Shown here: one piece after another, positions 36,501 to 45,861 of the stretch
Layout: each line of letters begins with the position of its first letter
Numbering within the stretch: position 1 is the first letter of the stretch
NCBI GenBank assembly: GCA_033852415.1
Contig: JAWOMQ010000175.1
Span: 2,362-66,361 of the forward strand
Length of the DNA: 64,000 bases
Direction: 5' to 3'
Source of the DNA: Bacteroidota bacterium
GTDB lineage: Bacteria; Bacteroidota; Ignavibacteria; UBA10030; SZUA-254
Program-made: the position numbers and the translations under genes
Notes under the pieces: generated by a model
Told to the model about the DNA's origin: nothing
The model's input: the letters and a program-made list of their open reading frames with translations, nothing else
Database searches by the model: none

Positions 36501-36796
36501 ATTTCAAATTGAGGAGCCCCTTTAAAGAAGAGGTAATCATCGGGAATGAAGAGTACCGCGGTGCTGCGTTCGAAACCCGCTCCAGGTCCAATATCCTTGT
36601 CCCCACGGATGAGAAACTGCGCGAGGTCATCGCTGAGGCGATTGCATTTGTCAATGATTATGTTGACAAGATTTCGGAAGGGGTTTTTCCGGTCGAGCCG
36701 AAAGATATCGATCGGGTTTGCGTATATTGTGAATTCAAAACCGTGTGCAGGATTCAGAACAAGCCCACTGCTGAAGAAAGCCCAACACCGGTATAG
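33503..36796 (+). CDS. AddB/RexB-like protein: inactivated helicase-like N-region plus C-terminal PD-(D/E)XK nuclease with Fe-S staple
   Basis: 1097 aa with no Walker A. The C-terminus has GAERGGIIHEILFEF, KVDRVDVGTGTLKIIDYKTG (RecB-type D..D/EYK), and Cys in CPFQFF plus CVYCEFKTVC (C...CxxCx5C iron staple). Confidence 0.7.
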   Translation: MPILLQKNITGPVLDIQTILDQRLAEGNASSFLHIVPTNRKVRDAERKYLRALPRQTGERFFLFTLETLAVELHNLIAQPRRFIDGPSQAVLLSRAIKNRAPDLRYFKPQRGTRVLQSGTFQKIINVINKLKNEGVYPSLLAIELDTADGGERAKLHDLLTIYEEYERLLGSMYVDTAGFLKIVNEQWDETAGKAVRMHFPNVDLIVISGFDRFSDPELTMIANLTALGGFGTIISFDYFRGNDAVFGHLEINYRKFLEIGFALAEKETFRGSTFSFHCARYLFAEDRKSPGLDLRDRVVLYDAPTRKGEVELIAKIIKRIHQENPETVLSKICVAMFKPDLYTSLFHEVFREYGIPANITDRFSLDQSPCITALLSLLAVRENNFRLRDVMRALTTPFFSFGEGDHRIDAGNLYGIGTGLRVSAGYSTWTKRIERRLAEIKQILATTDDEVEAWRMGAEREGLGKAARDLEGLSSLLEPFRETMRPADFRDRVLALLGHLHVAENILAASHRALEDEQREKDARGLQKFLYFIDEYLDLLESETDNQTLQPLSYYLDTLRTAIPQILYNIRQKWGYGVQVTTLEETRGLEFDVMIIAGLVDGEFPPAYQPEILFSQARREHAERLHPVEHRYLFYQVATNFKKRLFLTTPRRDANRELVASTYIDALASVARFEDLRGSTPSELSEPLFSRQEMYRHAGEILSVRGSELPDAIREEMVRDPEAAGTIGHMREAIEVENSRERNVGLPEYRGILSGKLSPEASRALKSLRERVYSVTQLESYGRCPFQFFADKVLRLSFREEPEEGISGAERGGIIHEILFEFYTERRSKGLPSLGGCDDADFSSAMADMRRIAAAKLDRFVADEAFWKVEKDLILGSDQRKGILNEFLEFERSREYNLRPSYFEVAFGSKVGSRKMTDPKMNLADPVRVGNVQLSGKVDRVDVGTGTLKIIDYKTGATTLRKDEIESGMSLQLPIYLYVIEKILAEQTGDKFSPAAAAHFKLRSPFKEEVIIGNEEYRGAAFETRSRSNILVPTDEKLREVIAEAIAFVNDYVDKISEGVFPVEPKDIDRVCVYCEFKTVCRIQNKPTAEESPTPV

Positions 36797-36817
36797 AGAG
36801 TAATTTTTTGACGGTCC

Positions 36818-37174
36818 ATGACCCTCGTGCCTAAAAAAATCAGCCGTTCGGAAGGGACCCGTCTCATCATCGAGTGGGACGACGGGCACCGAAGCAAACA
36901 CCACATGTACGTTCTCCGCAAGCTGTGCCCCTGCGCTGCCTGCCAGAAGGAACGCGAGGAGAATGATGGCAAGAATCTTCTCCCGATTCTGAAACCGGGA
37001 CAGAATGAGCTGAAAGAAATTAAACCGGTCGGAAATTATGCTCTACAGTTCTTCTGGGGGGATGGTCATCAGACCGGCATCTACACCTACGCCTATCTCC
37101 GGAATCTGTGCGAATGTGAACAGTGTGAAGGGAAAAGGATTCCGGGAGGTGCTGGTGACAAAACGACGATTTAA
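36818..37174 (+). CDS. DUF971-family protein (gamma-butyrobetaine hydroxylase-like N-terminal domain)
   Basis: IIEWDDGHRSKHHMYVLRKLCPCAAC ... LQFFWGDGHQTGIYTYAYLRNLCEC is the duplicated DUF971 motif. Confidence 0.6.
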   Translation: MTLVPKKISRSEGTRLIIEWDDGHRSKHHMYVLRKLCPCAACQKEREENDGKNLLPILKPGQNELKEIKPVGNYALQFFWGDGHQTGIYTYAYLRNLCECEQCEGKRIPGGAGDKTTI

Positions 37175-37189
37175 CCAAAAGGAATTACA

Positions 37190-38281
37190 ATGGATCTAAA
37201 TCTGACAAAGGTAGGAATTCTCACCGGAGGCGGCGATTGCCCCGGGCTGAATGCGGTCATCCGCAGCATCGCGAAACCCGCGATGTTGCACTTCGGCTCG
37301 AAAGTTGTCGGTATCCTCGATGGCTTTGAGGGGTTTGTCGATGGCAAGATGCGCGAGTTGACGAAACTCGATGTCAGCGGCATCATCAATATCGGCGGAA
37401 CGATCCTTGGGACGTCCAATAAAGGCGATCCGTTTCATTTCCCGCGGGAGGGCTCAAGCGGAATCGCTATTACCGATTGCAGTGACCTTGTCATGGATAA
37501 TTATCGCCAGTGGGGGCTAGATTGTGTTATTGCAATGGGTGGGGACGGGACGATGAACATCGCATACAAACTTGCGAAGATGGGAATGAATATCATCGGT
37601 GTACCGAAGACAATCGATAACGATCTTGAGGCGACCGATATTACCTTCGGTCACGATTCGGCGCTTTCGATTGCGACGGAAGCCATCGATCGTTTGCAAA
37701 CGACCGCCTCCTCGCACCATCGTGTGATTGTGCTCGAAGTGATGGGGCGGTACGCAGGATGGATCGCGCTCGGGGCAGGAGTTGCCGGCGGGGCTGAGAT
37801 GATTCTTATTCCGGAAATAGCTTTTTCGTGGGAATCCATCTTCAATTTTGTCTGGAAAAGGAGCAAGGGGGCACGATTCAGCGTCATCGTGGTTGCGGAA
37901 GGTGCGAAGCCACGTGACGGAGAGATGGTCGTGAAAGAGACCGATAAAAAACGCACCGATCCTATACGCCTCGGTGGGATTGGGGATCTCGTCGGCAGGA
38001 GAATTCAGGAGGAGACGAATCTCGAGACCCGCGTTACCGTCTTAGGGCACCTCCAACGCGGCGGCAGCCCGACGGCATTCGACAGAATACTGGGGACAAA
38101 ATTCGGAGCGATTGCACTCCAGTGCGCGTCGAAAGGGGAATTCGGGAAGATGGTGAGCTTACGGGGACGCGATGTCGTAACGGTACCGCTGGAAGATGCA
38201 ATCAGCCGCCAGCGCCTCGTTCCTCCGGATTCGCAGCTTGTCTTTGCGGCGCGGTCGGTCGGCATAAGTTTTGGAGATTAA
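37190..38281 (+). CDS. pfkA: 6-phosphofructokinase
   Basis: GILTGGGDCPGLNAVIR, MGGDGT and PKTIDNDL. Confidence 0.9.
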   Translation: MDLNLTKVGILTGGGDCPGLNAVIRSIAKPAMLHFGSKVVGILDGFEGFVDGKMRELTKLDVSGIINIGGTILGTSNKGDPFHFPREGSSGIAITDCSDLVMDNYRQWGLDCVIAMGGDGTMNIAYKLAKMGMNIIGVPKTIDNDLEATDITFGHDSALSIATEAIDRLQTTASSHHRVIVLEVMGRYAGWIALGAGVAGGAEMILIPEIAFSWESIFNFVWKRSKGARFSVIVVAEGAKPRDGEMVVKETDKKRTDPIRLGGIGDLVGRRIQEETNLETRVTVLGHLQRGGSPTAFDRILGTKFGAIALQCASKGEFGKMVSLRGRDVVTVPLEDAISRQRLVPPDSQLVFAARSVGISFGD

Positions 38282-38311
38282 GGCCGGTTAGTTTTTTATT
38301 TTTTCCACGGA

Positions 38312-38887
38312 ATGATCGATCCTGCACTTTTGCTTCAGGCATACGCATCGGGATACTTCCCGATGGCGGACTCAAAGTCAGGTGAGATAGCATGGTACTC
38401 ACCCGACCCGCGGGCCGTCATCCCACTTGAATCGTTCAGGATCCCCAGAAGCCTCAGACAGGTAATCCGGAAAAAGATTTATCAGATTAATCTTGATACT
38501 GTATTTGAAGACGTCGTCCGGTCGTGCGCGAAGAGGGAAGAGACCTGGATATCGGAAGAAATAGTCGATACATATTGCGAATTGAACAGAATGGGCTATG
38601 CCCACAGCGTGGAGACATGGAAGGACAATGTTCTTGCCGGCGGGCTTTATGGTGTGGCGCTGGGCGCGGCATTTTTCGGCGAATCAATGTTCAGCGCATC
38701 GAGAGATGCATCGAAGGTCGCGCTCGTTGCCCTTGTGGAGAGGCTGTTGGCAAGAAATTTTATCCTCCTCGATACACAGTTTTTGACCCCTCACCTGGCA
38801 AGGTTTGGAACAAGGGAGATTCCGAAAGACGCATACCTGAAACGGCTGAAGCAAGCCGTGAAAATCCATTGTTCTTTTCGCGACTGA
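38312..38887 (+). CDS. aat: leucyl/phenylalanyl-tRNA-protein transferase
   Basis: LLQAYASGYFPMAD...IAWYSPDPRAVIPL...RSLRQVIRKK and the C-terminal block ...LLDTQFLTPHLARFG. Confidence 0.85.
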   Translation: MIDPALLLQAYASGYFPMADSKSGEIAWYSPDPRAVIPLESFRIPRSLRQVIRKKIYQINLDTVFEDVVRSCAKREETWISEEIVDTYCELNRMGYAHSVETWKDNVLAGGLYGVALGAAFFGESMFSASRDASKVALVALVERLLARNFILLDTQFLTPHLARFGTREIPKDAYLKRLKQAVKIHCSFRD

Positions 38888-38933
38888 CCGTCAGTTCGCC
38901 GGGGATCCACACCCGGATATCCCGTGAATTTGG

Positions 38934-39383
38934 ATGTGTTTACAGTTTATCAGAAAGTTTCTTATCTTTGGGCAAACGTCAGTGATACCGACAGGAGACA
39001 ACGTGTCGAATAAAAAGATAAACATCCTCGTCGTCGAAGATGACGATGAGTTACGAAACTCACTCCAACGACAGCTTTCGGAGAAAGACTACGACGTCAT
39101 CACTGCTTCGAACGGTAATGAAGCGATCCCCCTTACACATGCCCGAAGATATGACCTTGTCATTCTTGACCTCAAGATGCCATATCTCGACGGTTTCCAG
39201 GTTCTGCAGTTCTTGAATTCCACTTTTCCGGATACACGCGTCATTGTATTGACCGGGTATGGTGATCTCAAGAACGTTGAACGATGTAAGTCGCTCGGAG
39301 CCAATGAAGTGATGAGCAAACCGTATAACGTGGAATACCTGTTTGATACAATTAATCGTCTCGTTAAACGCGAAGTTCCGTGA
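38934..39383 (+). CDS. single-domain response regulator (CheY-like receiver)
   Basis: NILVVEDDDELRNSL...DLVILDLKMPYLDGF...SKP. The true start is probably the GTG/ATG near 39003 (VSNKKINILVV). Confidence 0.75.
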   Translation: MCLQFIRKFLIFGQTSVIPTGDNVSNKKINILVVEDDDELRNSLQRQLSEKDYDVITASNGNEAIPLTHARRYDLVILDLKMPYLDGFQVLQFLNSTFPDTRVIVLTGYGDLKNVERCKSLGANEVMSKPYNVEYLFDTINRLVKREVP

Positions 39384-39597
39384 CCGGAACGAACGGGGGC
39401 ATTCAATCTGGCGTGTGAGCCGGAATGACCGTGATCGGATTTATCGTTCCTGACAGAATTCGGTCAACGCACACGATACCGTAAACGTTTTCCTGTCCCC
39501 GGACGTCACGTGCCCTCTCCGGGGCATGTTACCATTAGACCAATCGGTTCTCTGCTTGCACGTCGATCTTGGTTCCTATTATCCGAGGAGAATCCCA

Positions 39598-40896
39598 ATG
39601 CGTATTCCCATCTTTGTCGTTTCGCTCTTTGTAATTATTTTCGCCACTCTCGCATATCCCCAGCAGCAAAAGATTACGGCCATCAAGTGCGGCCGGCTTT
39701 TTGATGGAAAGACCGATCGTCTCATTGACAAGGCGGTCATTCTCATTGAAGGGAACACGATAAGAAAGGTGGGTGCGGACCTTTCGATTCCGGCTGATGC
39801 TCAACTTATCGATCTGAGCACGATGACCGTGCTGCCCGGACTTATCGACTGCCACACGCACGTTCTCTTGCAGGGCGATATAACATCCGCTGATTATGAT
39901 GAGCAGTTGCTCAAGGAATCGATCCCGTACCGGACGCTCCGGGGAGCGGTCGCGGCACAAGCTGCTCTGCGGAACGGTTTCACGACGATCAGGGATGTCG
40001 GGACAGAAGGGGCCATGTATGCTGATGTCGACATCAAGCGGGCGATCATAAACGGAATTATCGATGGTCCGCGGATGTTTGTCGCGACACGAGCCCTCGA
40101 TGTAACCGGTGCGTATCCCTTGCTCGGGTATGCCTGGGATTTGCCCGTGCCGCACGGTCTTCAGGTTGTCGATGGTCTGGATGAGTGCCAGAAAGCCGTC
40201 CGGGAGGAAGTCCAGTACGGCGCCGATTGGATCAAAGTCTATGCCGACAGGAGTTATTATTTCACCGATGACGGCTCGCTCAGGAGTATCCTCAATTTCA
40301 CCTATGAGGAATTGAAAGCCATCTGCGACGAAGCGCATAAACTTCACAAAAAGGTTGCCGCCCATGCTTGCGGAAGGGATGGCATTGAAAATGCACTCCG
40401 CGCCGGCGTTAACACGATCGAGCACGGGGATGGGTTTGATGAAGAGCTTCTTGGTCTGGCGAAAAAGAACGGCGCTTTCTGGTGCCCGACACTCTTTGTC
40501 ACGGAGTATGTTGCGGAAGGGAGAGCGGCAGAAGGCCGCCCGATCTATAAACAAATGATTAACCACCAGCGTGAAGCATTTGCCAAGGGGGTTCAGATGG
40601 GCGTCAAGATCGCATTTGGAACCGATGTGGGCGGCTTCAAATGGGACGTTGATGAGGCAGTTGAGCTCAAACGAATGGTCGATGATGGAATGACAACGCT
40701 CCAGGCGTTGAAGTCCACAACCTCCACTGCAGCTGAATTACTGGATATGCAGGGAAAGATCGGAGAAATTTCCCCCGGCGCGTTCGCGGATATTGTCGCA
40801 GTTCAGGGTGATCCGTTGAAGGATATCACCGTCATACAAAATGTTCTGTTTGTGATGAAGGATGGGAAAGTTTCTAAAAACGATATTCCTCACTGA
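39598..40896 (+). CDS. secreted metal-dependent amidohydrolase (COG1228 imidazolonepropionase/Xaa-Pro dipeptidase-like)
   Basis: The SD gaggag favours the internal ATG (MRIPIFVVSLF... signal peptide). PGLIDCHTHVLL HxH motif, plus HACG and FGTDVGG. Confidence 0.75.
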   Translation: MRIPIFVVSLFVIIFATLAYPQQQKITAIKCGRLFDGKTDRLIDKAVILIEGNTIRKVGADLSIPADAQLIDLSTMTVLPGLIDCHTHVLLQGDITSADYDEQLLKESIPYRTLRGAVAAQAALRNGFTTIRDVGTEGAMYADVDIKRAIINGIIDGPRMFVATRALDVTGAYPLLGYAWDLPVPHGLQVVDGLDECQKAVREEVQYGADWIKVYADRSYYFTDDGSLRSILNFTYEELKAICDEAHKLHKKVAAHACGRDGIENALRAGVNTIEHGDGFDEELLGLAKKNGAFWCPTLFVTEYVAEGRAAEGRPIYKQMINHQREAFAKGVQMGVKIAFGTDVGGFKWDVDEAVELKRMVDDGMTTLQALKSTTSTAAELLDMQGKIGEISPGAFADIVAVQGDPLKDITVIQNVLFVMKDGKVSKNDIPH

Positions 40897-40908
40897 CCCG
40901 GTTTCCAT

Positions 40909-41352
40909 ATGAAAATCAAACTCGTTCTATTGGGACTATGCACAGCACTGGCGGTCCAACAATCGTTCAGTCAGAAAACAGCTCAGATCGACTCACTTCT
41001 GGCTCGTCAGATTGCTGCCTGGAATCGCGGGGATATCGAAGGTTATATGGAGGGATACTGGCAGTCAGATAGTTTGATCTTCACGAGCGGCGGAAAGATA
41101 CAGCGAGGGTGGAAGGCAACCTTTGAGAAATATAAAAAGACGTATGATACACCCGCGAAGATGGGGAAGCTTGAATTTTCTGATGTTGAGATTATGTCGT
41201 TGTCGAAAAAATCTGCATGGGTGTTTGGACATTGGAAATTAGCACGGGAGAAGGATCAACCGGGGGGAGTATTTACGCTCATTCTTAGAAAGTTTCCTGT
41301 TGGCTGGAGAATTGTCCATGATCATACGTCAGTAGGGAACGAGGATAAATGA
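40909..41352 (+). CDS. secreted NTF2-like/SnoaL-like (DUF4440-type) protein
   Basis: Signal peptide. IAAWNRGDIEGYMEGYWQSDSL...VFGHWKL is typical of NTF2-fold DUF4440 proteins. Confidence 0.5.
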   Translation: MKIKLVLLGLCTALAVQQSFSQKTAQIDSLLARQIAAWNRGDIEGYMEGYWQSDSLIFTSGGKIQRGWKATFEKYKKTYDTPAKMGKLEFSDVEIMSLSKKSAWVFGHWKLAREKDQPGGVFTLILRKFPVGWRIVHDHTSVGNEDK

Positions 41353-41379
41353 ACGACCCCGTAAGTTCAAATCCCAAAC

Positions 41380-42294
41380 ATGACCTCCCTGGATAAACCT
41401 ATGGACAGCCTATTTGAAACGAATTTCGCGACGTTGAAACTCCTCAAGAGAGGAAAGGTGCGTGATGTTTATGATCTGGGGGAACATCTGCTCATCGTTG
41501 CCACAGACCGGTTATCGGCATATGATGTCATCATGGGACAGCCGATACCGCAGAAGGGAAAGATTCTCACACAAATATCCAATTTCTGGTTCGATCTTAC
41601 CAAAGACATTGTAGAAAACCACCTTGTCGAGACCGAAGTGGCAAGATTTCCGGCAGCATGCAGGCCATATTCCGATGAGCTTGCCGGCAGAAGTGTTATT
41701 GTTAAGAAAACCGTGCCGCTCCCGATCGAGTGTGTTGTCCGTGGTTATCTGTCAGGGTCCGGTTGGGCTGAGTACAGGGAGAAGAAAACTGTTTGTGGGA
41801 TCCGTCTCCCTGAGGGTCTCGTCGAGTCGGACAGGCTTCCGGAGCCAATCTTTACGCCCGCAACGAAAGCGGAGAAAGGTCACGACGAGAATATCAGCTT
41901 TCGGGAGGCGGCGCAAATGGCGGGGGAGAGAAATAGTGCAGAGGCGCGATCGATCGCTCTGAAGATTTATGATCGAGCGGTGAAATATGCTGAGACCAGG
42001 GGAATTATCATTGCAGATACGAAGATGGAATTCGGTCTGTACAACGGGAAACTCATTCTGATCGATGAGCTGTTGACTCCTGATTCATCGCGATTCTGGC
42101 CCATGGATAGATACCGTGCGGGAAGACCACAGGAAAGTTTTGACAAACAGTTCGTCAGGGATTATCTTCTCTCGATCAAATTTAACAAACAACCGCCTCC
42201 TCCCGCTCTTCCGGAAGACGTCATCATCAAAACATCAGAACTTTACCGGAAGGCATTTCTTCTTCTTACCGGGCGCGATCTGAAGTTGAATTAA
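41380..42294 (+). CDS. purC: phosphoribosylaminoimidazole-succinocarboxamide synthase (SAICAR synthetase, long form)
   Basis: [31 protein letters not shown] and [11 protein letters not shown]. Confidence 0.9.
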   Translation: MTSLDKPMDSLFETNFATLKLLKRGKVRDVYDLGEHLLIVATDRLSAYDVIMGQPIPQKGKILTQISNFWFDLTKDIVENHLVETEVARFPAACRPYSDELAGRSVIVKKTVPLPIECVVRGYLSGSGWAEYREKKTVCGIRLPEGLVESDRLPEPIFTPATKAEKGHDENISFREAAQMAGERNSAEARSIALKIYDRAVKYAETRGIIIADTKMEFGLYNGKLILIDELLTPDSSRFWPMDRYRAGRPQESFDKQFVRDYLLSIKFNKQPPPPALPEDVIIKTSELYRKAFLLLTGRDLKLN

Positions 42295-42511
42295 TGTTCC
42301 TTTACATCATGATGCCCCGATCATTCCCTATCCCGTGACATGGGGAGATGGCATCTCATTTCCTATTTTCTTATCTTTCGGCAACAAATTTGCGAGAGAA
42401 CCGTATATTTGCAATCGCAGATCTTCTTCTTTTTGCTGCGCGCGTTCATTTCCAGGTTAACACAAAACTCTAAACTATCAGTCAATAATCCTGTCACTCA
42501 TGGAGGATACC

Positions 42512-43870
42512 ATGTTCCGATGTCTTACTGTTCTCCTGCTCGTGTTCATTCCAATGGTGTTTGCGGTTGCACTGGATGAGAGCGGGCAAGGGAAAATATT
42601 TCCATACACGATCAATCAAGTGACGCTCGATAATGGGCTTAAAATCGTTTCCATCCCGTTCGAGAGTCCGGGGATTGTCGCGTATTATACCGTGGTACGA
42701 ACCGGTTCGCGGAACGAGGTTGAGCCGGGTAAATCGGGGTTTGCCCATTTCTTTGAACATATGATGTTCCGGGGGACCGAGAAATTTCCTGAACAGAAGT
42801 TCAATGACATCCTCAAATCAATCGGTGCAGACAATAATGCGTACACTTCTGATGATCAGACAATTTACCACACTGTCGCCAGCGCAGAAGCGCTTGAAAC
42901 AATCATGCAGCTTGAATCCGATCGCTTCATGAATCTTAAGTATTCCGAAGATGCATTCAAGACAGAAGCCGGAGCGATACTCGGCGAGTATAACAAGAAC
43001 TCGTCCAATCCATTTCAGAGCATTGAAGAGAAAATCCGCGATGCCGCGTACACCGAACATACCTACAAGCATACCACGATGGGATTCCTGAAAGACATCG
43101 AGAACATGCCCAATCAGTATCAATATAGTCTCGAATTTTTCAAGCGGTGGTACAGACCGGAAAATTGTGTCGTCGTCGTGGTCGGGGATTTTAATCAGGA
43201 TAAACTCATCGAGCTTGCCAAGAAGTACTACGGCGCATGGGAAGCCGGATCCTACAAGCTTGCGGTGCCCGCAGAACCACAGCAGCAGGCGGAAATCAAA
43301 ATCGATCTTCCGTGGAAATCGAAAACTCTGCCAATTCTCGCTCTTGCCTACCACGTCCCGGCGTGCAGCGATAAGGACATTGATTTTGCCGCTCTGAATC
43401 TTCTGTCGCTCGTAACCTTTGGTGAAACTTCTGATCTCTATCGCAAGCTTGTCGTGAATGATCAGCTGGTGGAGTTTGTGGAAGGGGATATGTCCGAAAA
43501 CCGCGATCCGGGTTTGTTCTATGTCTTTACACGGGTCAAGGATCCAAAGAACATTAATGTCGTGCGGGATGCGATCTATGGGGCATTCGGGAATGCAGCG
43601 ACGACGAAGGTATCGGAGGAGAAGCTGGCTTCCATCAAATCGCATGTGAAGTACCAATTTGCGATGAGTCTCGATAACCCTGACCGGGTAGCAGATGAGA
43701 TTGCTCATTATATCAGTATTACGGGAGATCCCGAGTCCATTAATCGACTGTATGCGATGTACGACAAAGTGACTCCCGATGATATCATGAATGTCGCCAA
43801 GAAATATTTTGCTCCTACTAACCGAACAGTTTTACTCCTGACACAGGAAGAAAAGGAGGTGAAACAATGA
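42512..43870 (+). CDS. M16 family zinc peptidase, active subunit (HxxEH)
   Basis: The SD GGAGG favours the second ATG (MFRCLTVLLL signal peptide). GFAHFFEHMMFRGT carries the inverted zinc motif. Confidence 0.85.
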   Translation: MFRCLTVLLLVFIPMVFAVALDESGQGKIFPYTINQVTLDNGLKIVSIPFESPGIVAYYTVVRTGSRNEVEPGKSGFAHFFEHMMFRGTEKFPEQKFNDILKSIGADNNAYTSDDQTIYHTVASAEALETIMQLESDRFMNLKYSEDAFKTEAGAILGEYNKNSSNPFQSIEEKIRDAAYTEHTYKHTTMGFLKDIENMPNQYQYSLEFFKRWYRPENCVVVVVGDFNQDKLIELAKKYYGAWEAGSYKLAVPAEPQQQAEIKIDLPWKSKTLPILALAYHVPACSDKDIDFAALNLLSLVTFGETSDLYRKLVVNDQLVEFVEGDMSENRDPGLFYVFTRVKDPKNINVVRDAIYGAFGNAATTKVSEEKLASIKSHVKYQFAMSLDNPDRVADEIAHYISITGDPESINRLYAMYDKVTPDDIMNVAKKYFAPTNRTVLLLTQEEKEVKQ

Positions 43871-45384
43871 AGACAATCACTCTTTTACTTGCATTGACGA
43901 TAGTGCTTATGGTACCGACATCAGAACTCTTTGCCAAAGACGAGACGGGCCTCAGGTTCACGACGATTTCCCTGCCCAGTTCACCGCTTATAGCATTCAG
44001 GATTATCGTTCGCGCCGGTTCCATCAATGATCCGAAAGGTAAAGAGGGGTTGAATTCCCTCACAGCCGACCTCATCGCAAACGGCGGCACAAAGGATCTG
44101 ACCTATTCCCAGGTTGTGGACAAACTCTACCCCTGGGCGGCGAGCATCGATGTGCAGACTGACCAGGAAATCACGACGTTCATCGGGAGTATCCACCGGG
44201 ATCATCTCGACGGATTTTACAAACTGTTCTCCGAGCTACTCCTGGGACCCCGTTTTGATCCGGCAGATTTCCAGCGTGTGAAGGATCTGCACCTGAACTA
44301 TCTCCAGAACACTCTTCGTGCAACAAACGATGAAGAGCTTGGAAAACAAACGCTGAATGCGATGATTTTTGTCAACCATCCATATGGAACAACTGAGGAC
44401 GGGACGGTACAGGGAATCAGCGCTATCACGCTGGATGATGTCAAAAATTATTACAAGACAACATACACGCAGGCAAATTTCTGGATCGGGCTGGCGGGCG
44501 GTTATCCGGACAACCTGCAGGAGACGATGAAAAAGGATTTCTCCTCGCTCCCGGCAGGAGAGTTCAAGGAAGTCCCGCTCCCACCCGTTTCGCCGGTGAA
44601 AGGCATGGAGGTCACTGTCGTCGAGAAACCAACCCGCGCATATGCGGTTTCGATGGGATTTCCGATCAGCATCAACAGGAAGGACAAGGATTTTTATCCG
44701 CTGTTTCTGGCCAACTCCTATTTTGGTGAACACCGGACATTCACCGGCGTGTTGATGAACCATCTCAGAGGAGAACGCGGCCTGAACTATGGGGATTACT
44801 CCTACGCCGAGAAATTTGTCGGCGGACTTGGCCAACCACCATTTCCCCGGGTGAACACTCCTCTGCGGCAGCAGTTTTTCAGCATCTGGCTGCGACCTCT
44901 GCAACCCGAGAACACCCATTTTGCAATCCGCAACGCCCTCTTTGAGCTAAAAAACCTGGTCGATAAAGGGCTGTCAACAGAGGACTTCGAGATCACGCGC
45001 AAGTTTGTGTTGAATTATTCCAAACTATGGGCTGCGACGATCAGCCGGCGTCTTGGGTACAAAATGGATTCGGAGTTCTATGGAACAGATTACTTCATTG
45101 ATCGGCTCGACAAGGAACTCAGGACCCTGACTGTCGACGATGTCAATGCCGTGATAAGAAAATACCTGAATGCGAGTAATGTCAAGATTGCCGTCGTAGT
45201 AGACGAAGGGAAGGGGAAGGATTTTCTCGACGCGATGATCGCAAATACGGCTTCACCCATTAAGTATGCGTCGGCTGTGACTCAGAATATCCTGGATGAA
45301 GATAAGCTCATCGAGGTATTTCCACTGAACATTAATAAAGAGCAATCCAGGGTTGTGAGTGCCAAGGATCTGTTCGAGAAATAA
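43867..45384 (+). CDS. M16 family peptidase, non-catalytic partner subunit
   Basis: ATGA overlap with the upstream M16 gene. Signal peptide. M16 fold blocks are present but there is no HxxEH motif. Confidence 0.75.
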   Translation: MKTITLLLALTIVLMVPTSELFAKDETGLRFTTISLPSSPLIAFRIIVRAGSINDPKGKEGLNSLTADLIANGGTKDLTYSQVVDKLYPWAASIDVQTDQEITTFIGSIHRDHLDGFYKLFSELLLGPRFDPADFQRVKDLHLNYLQNTLRATNDEELGKQTLNAMIFVNHPYGTTEDGTVQGISAITLDDVKNYYKTTYTQANFWIGLAGGYPDNLQETMKKDFSSLPAGEFKEVPLPPVSPVKGMEVTVVEKPTRAYAVSMGFPISINRKDKDFYPLFLANSYFGEHRTFTGVLMNHLRGERGLNYGDYSYAEKFVGGLGQPPFPRVNTPLRQQFFSIWLRPLQPENTHFAIRNALFELKNLVDKGLSTEDFEITRKFVLNYSKLWAATISRRLGYKMDSEFYGTDYFIDRLDKELRTLTVDDVNAVIRKYLNASNVKIAVVVDEGKGKDFLDAMIANTASPIKYASAVTQNILDEDKLIEVFPLNINKEQSRVVSAKDLFEK

Positions 45385-45407
45385 AAGCTTGTAATGTTCG
45401 CATCTGG

Positions 45408-45445
45408 AGCCGCGGCCGGATTGCCAGCCGCGGCTTTCTCGTATG
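45408..45445 (+). terminator. terminator-like hairpin after the M16 pair
   Basis: Stem AGCCGCGG / CCGCGGCT with a 12-nt loop, followed by TTCTCGTATGTGTG. Confidence 0.4.
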
Positions 45446-45475
45446 TGTGAGGAGGGAATTCTTTATATTCCATAT

Positions 45476-45694
45476 ATGCGGATATCTGTTCATGTTACTG
45501 CACGCTCAAAAAGGAATGAAGTAATCAAAATCGATGATACTTCTTTTCGGGTGCGCGTTACTGCACCTCCGGTCGAGGGGAAGGCGAACGATATGGTTGT
45601 AGAACTCCTCGCCGAATATTTCAGGAAACCGAAAAGGAGTATTTCAATACGTAAGGGAGATTCGAGCCGGGAAAAAATTATTGAGATTCTCTGA
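45476..45694 (+). CDS. DUF167/YggU family protein
   Basis: MRISVHVTARSKRNEV...RVRVTAPPVEGKANDMVVELLAEYF...ISIRKGDSSREKIIEI matches the YggU pattern. Confidence 0.7.
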   Translation: MRISVHVTARSKRNEVIKIDDTSFRVRVTAPPVEGKANDMVVELLAEYFRKPKRSISIRKGDSSREKIIEIL

Positions 45695-45861
45695 TAAGTC
45701 CGGCGTCTCTGATTTGGTACCACTCTCCTCTTCTTTCTGCCACCGTTCTGTCTCCATTCATGCTGGTATACTGAGGTAGGCGACTTTCGCCCTTCTTTTC
45801 AAAGCGTTTATTGCATCCCTCACGTGCATTTCTTACATTTTACCCAGTTTGGAGTGATGTG

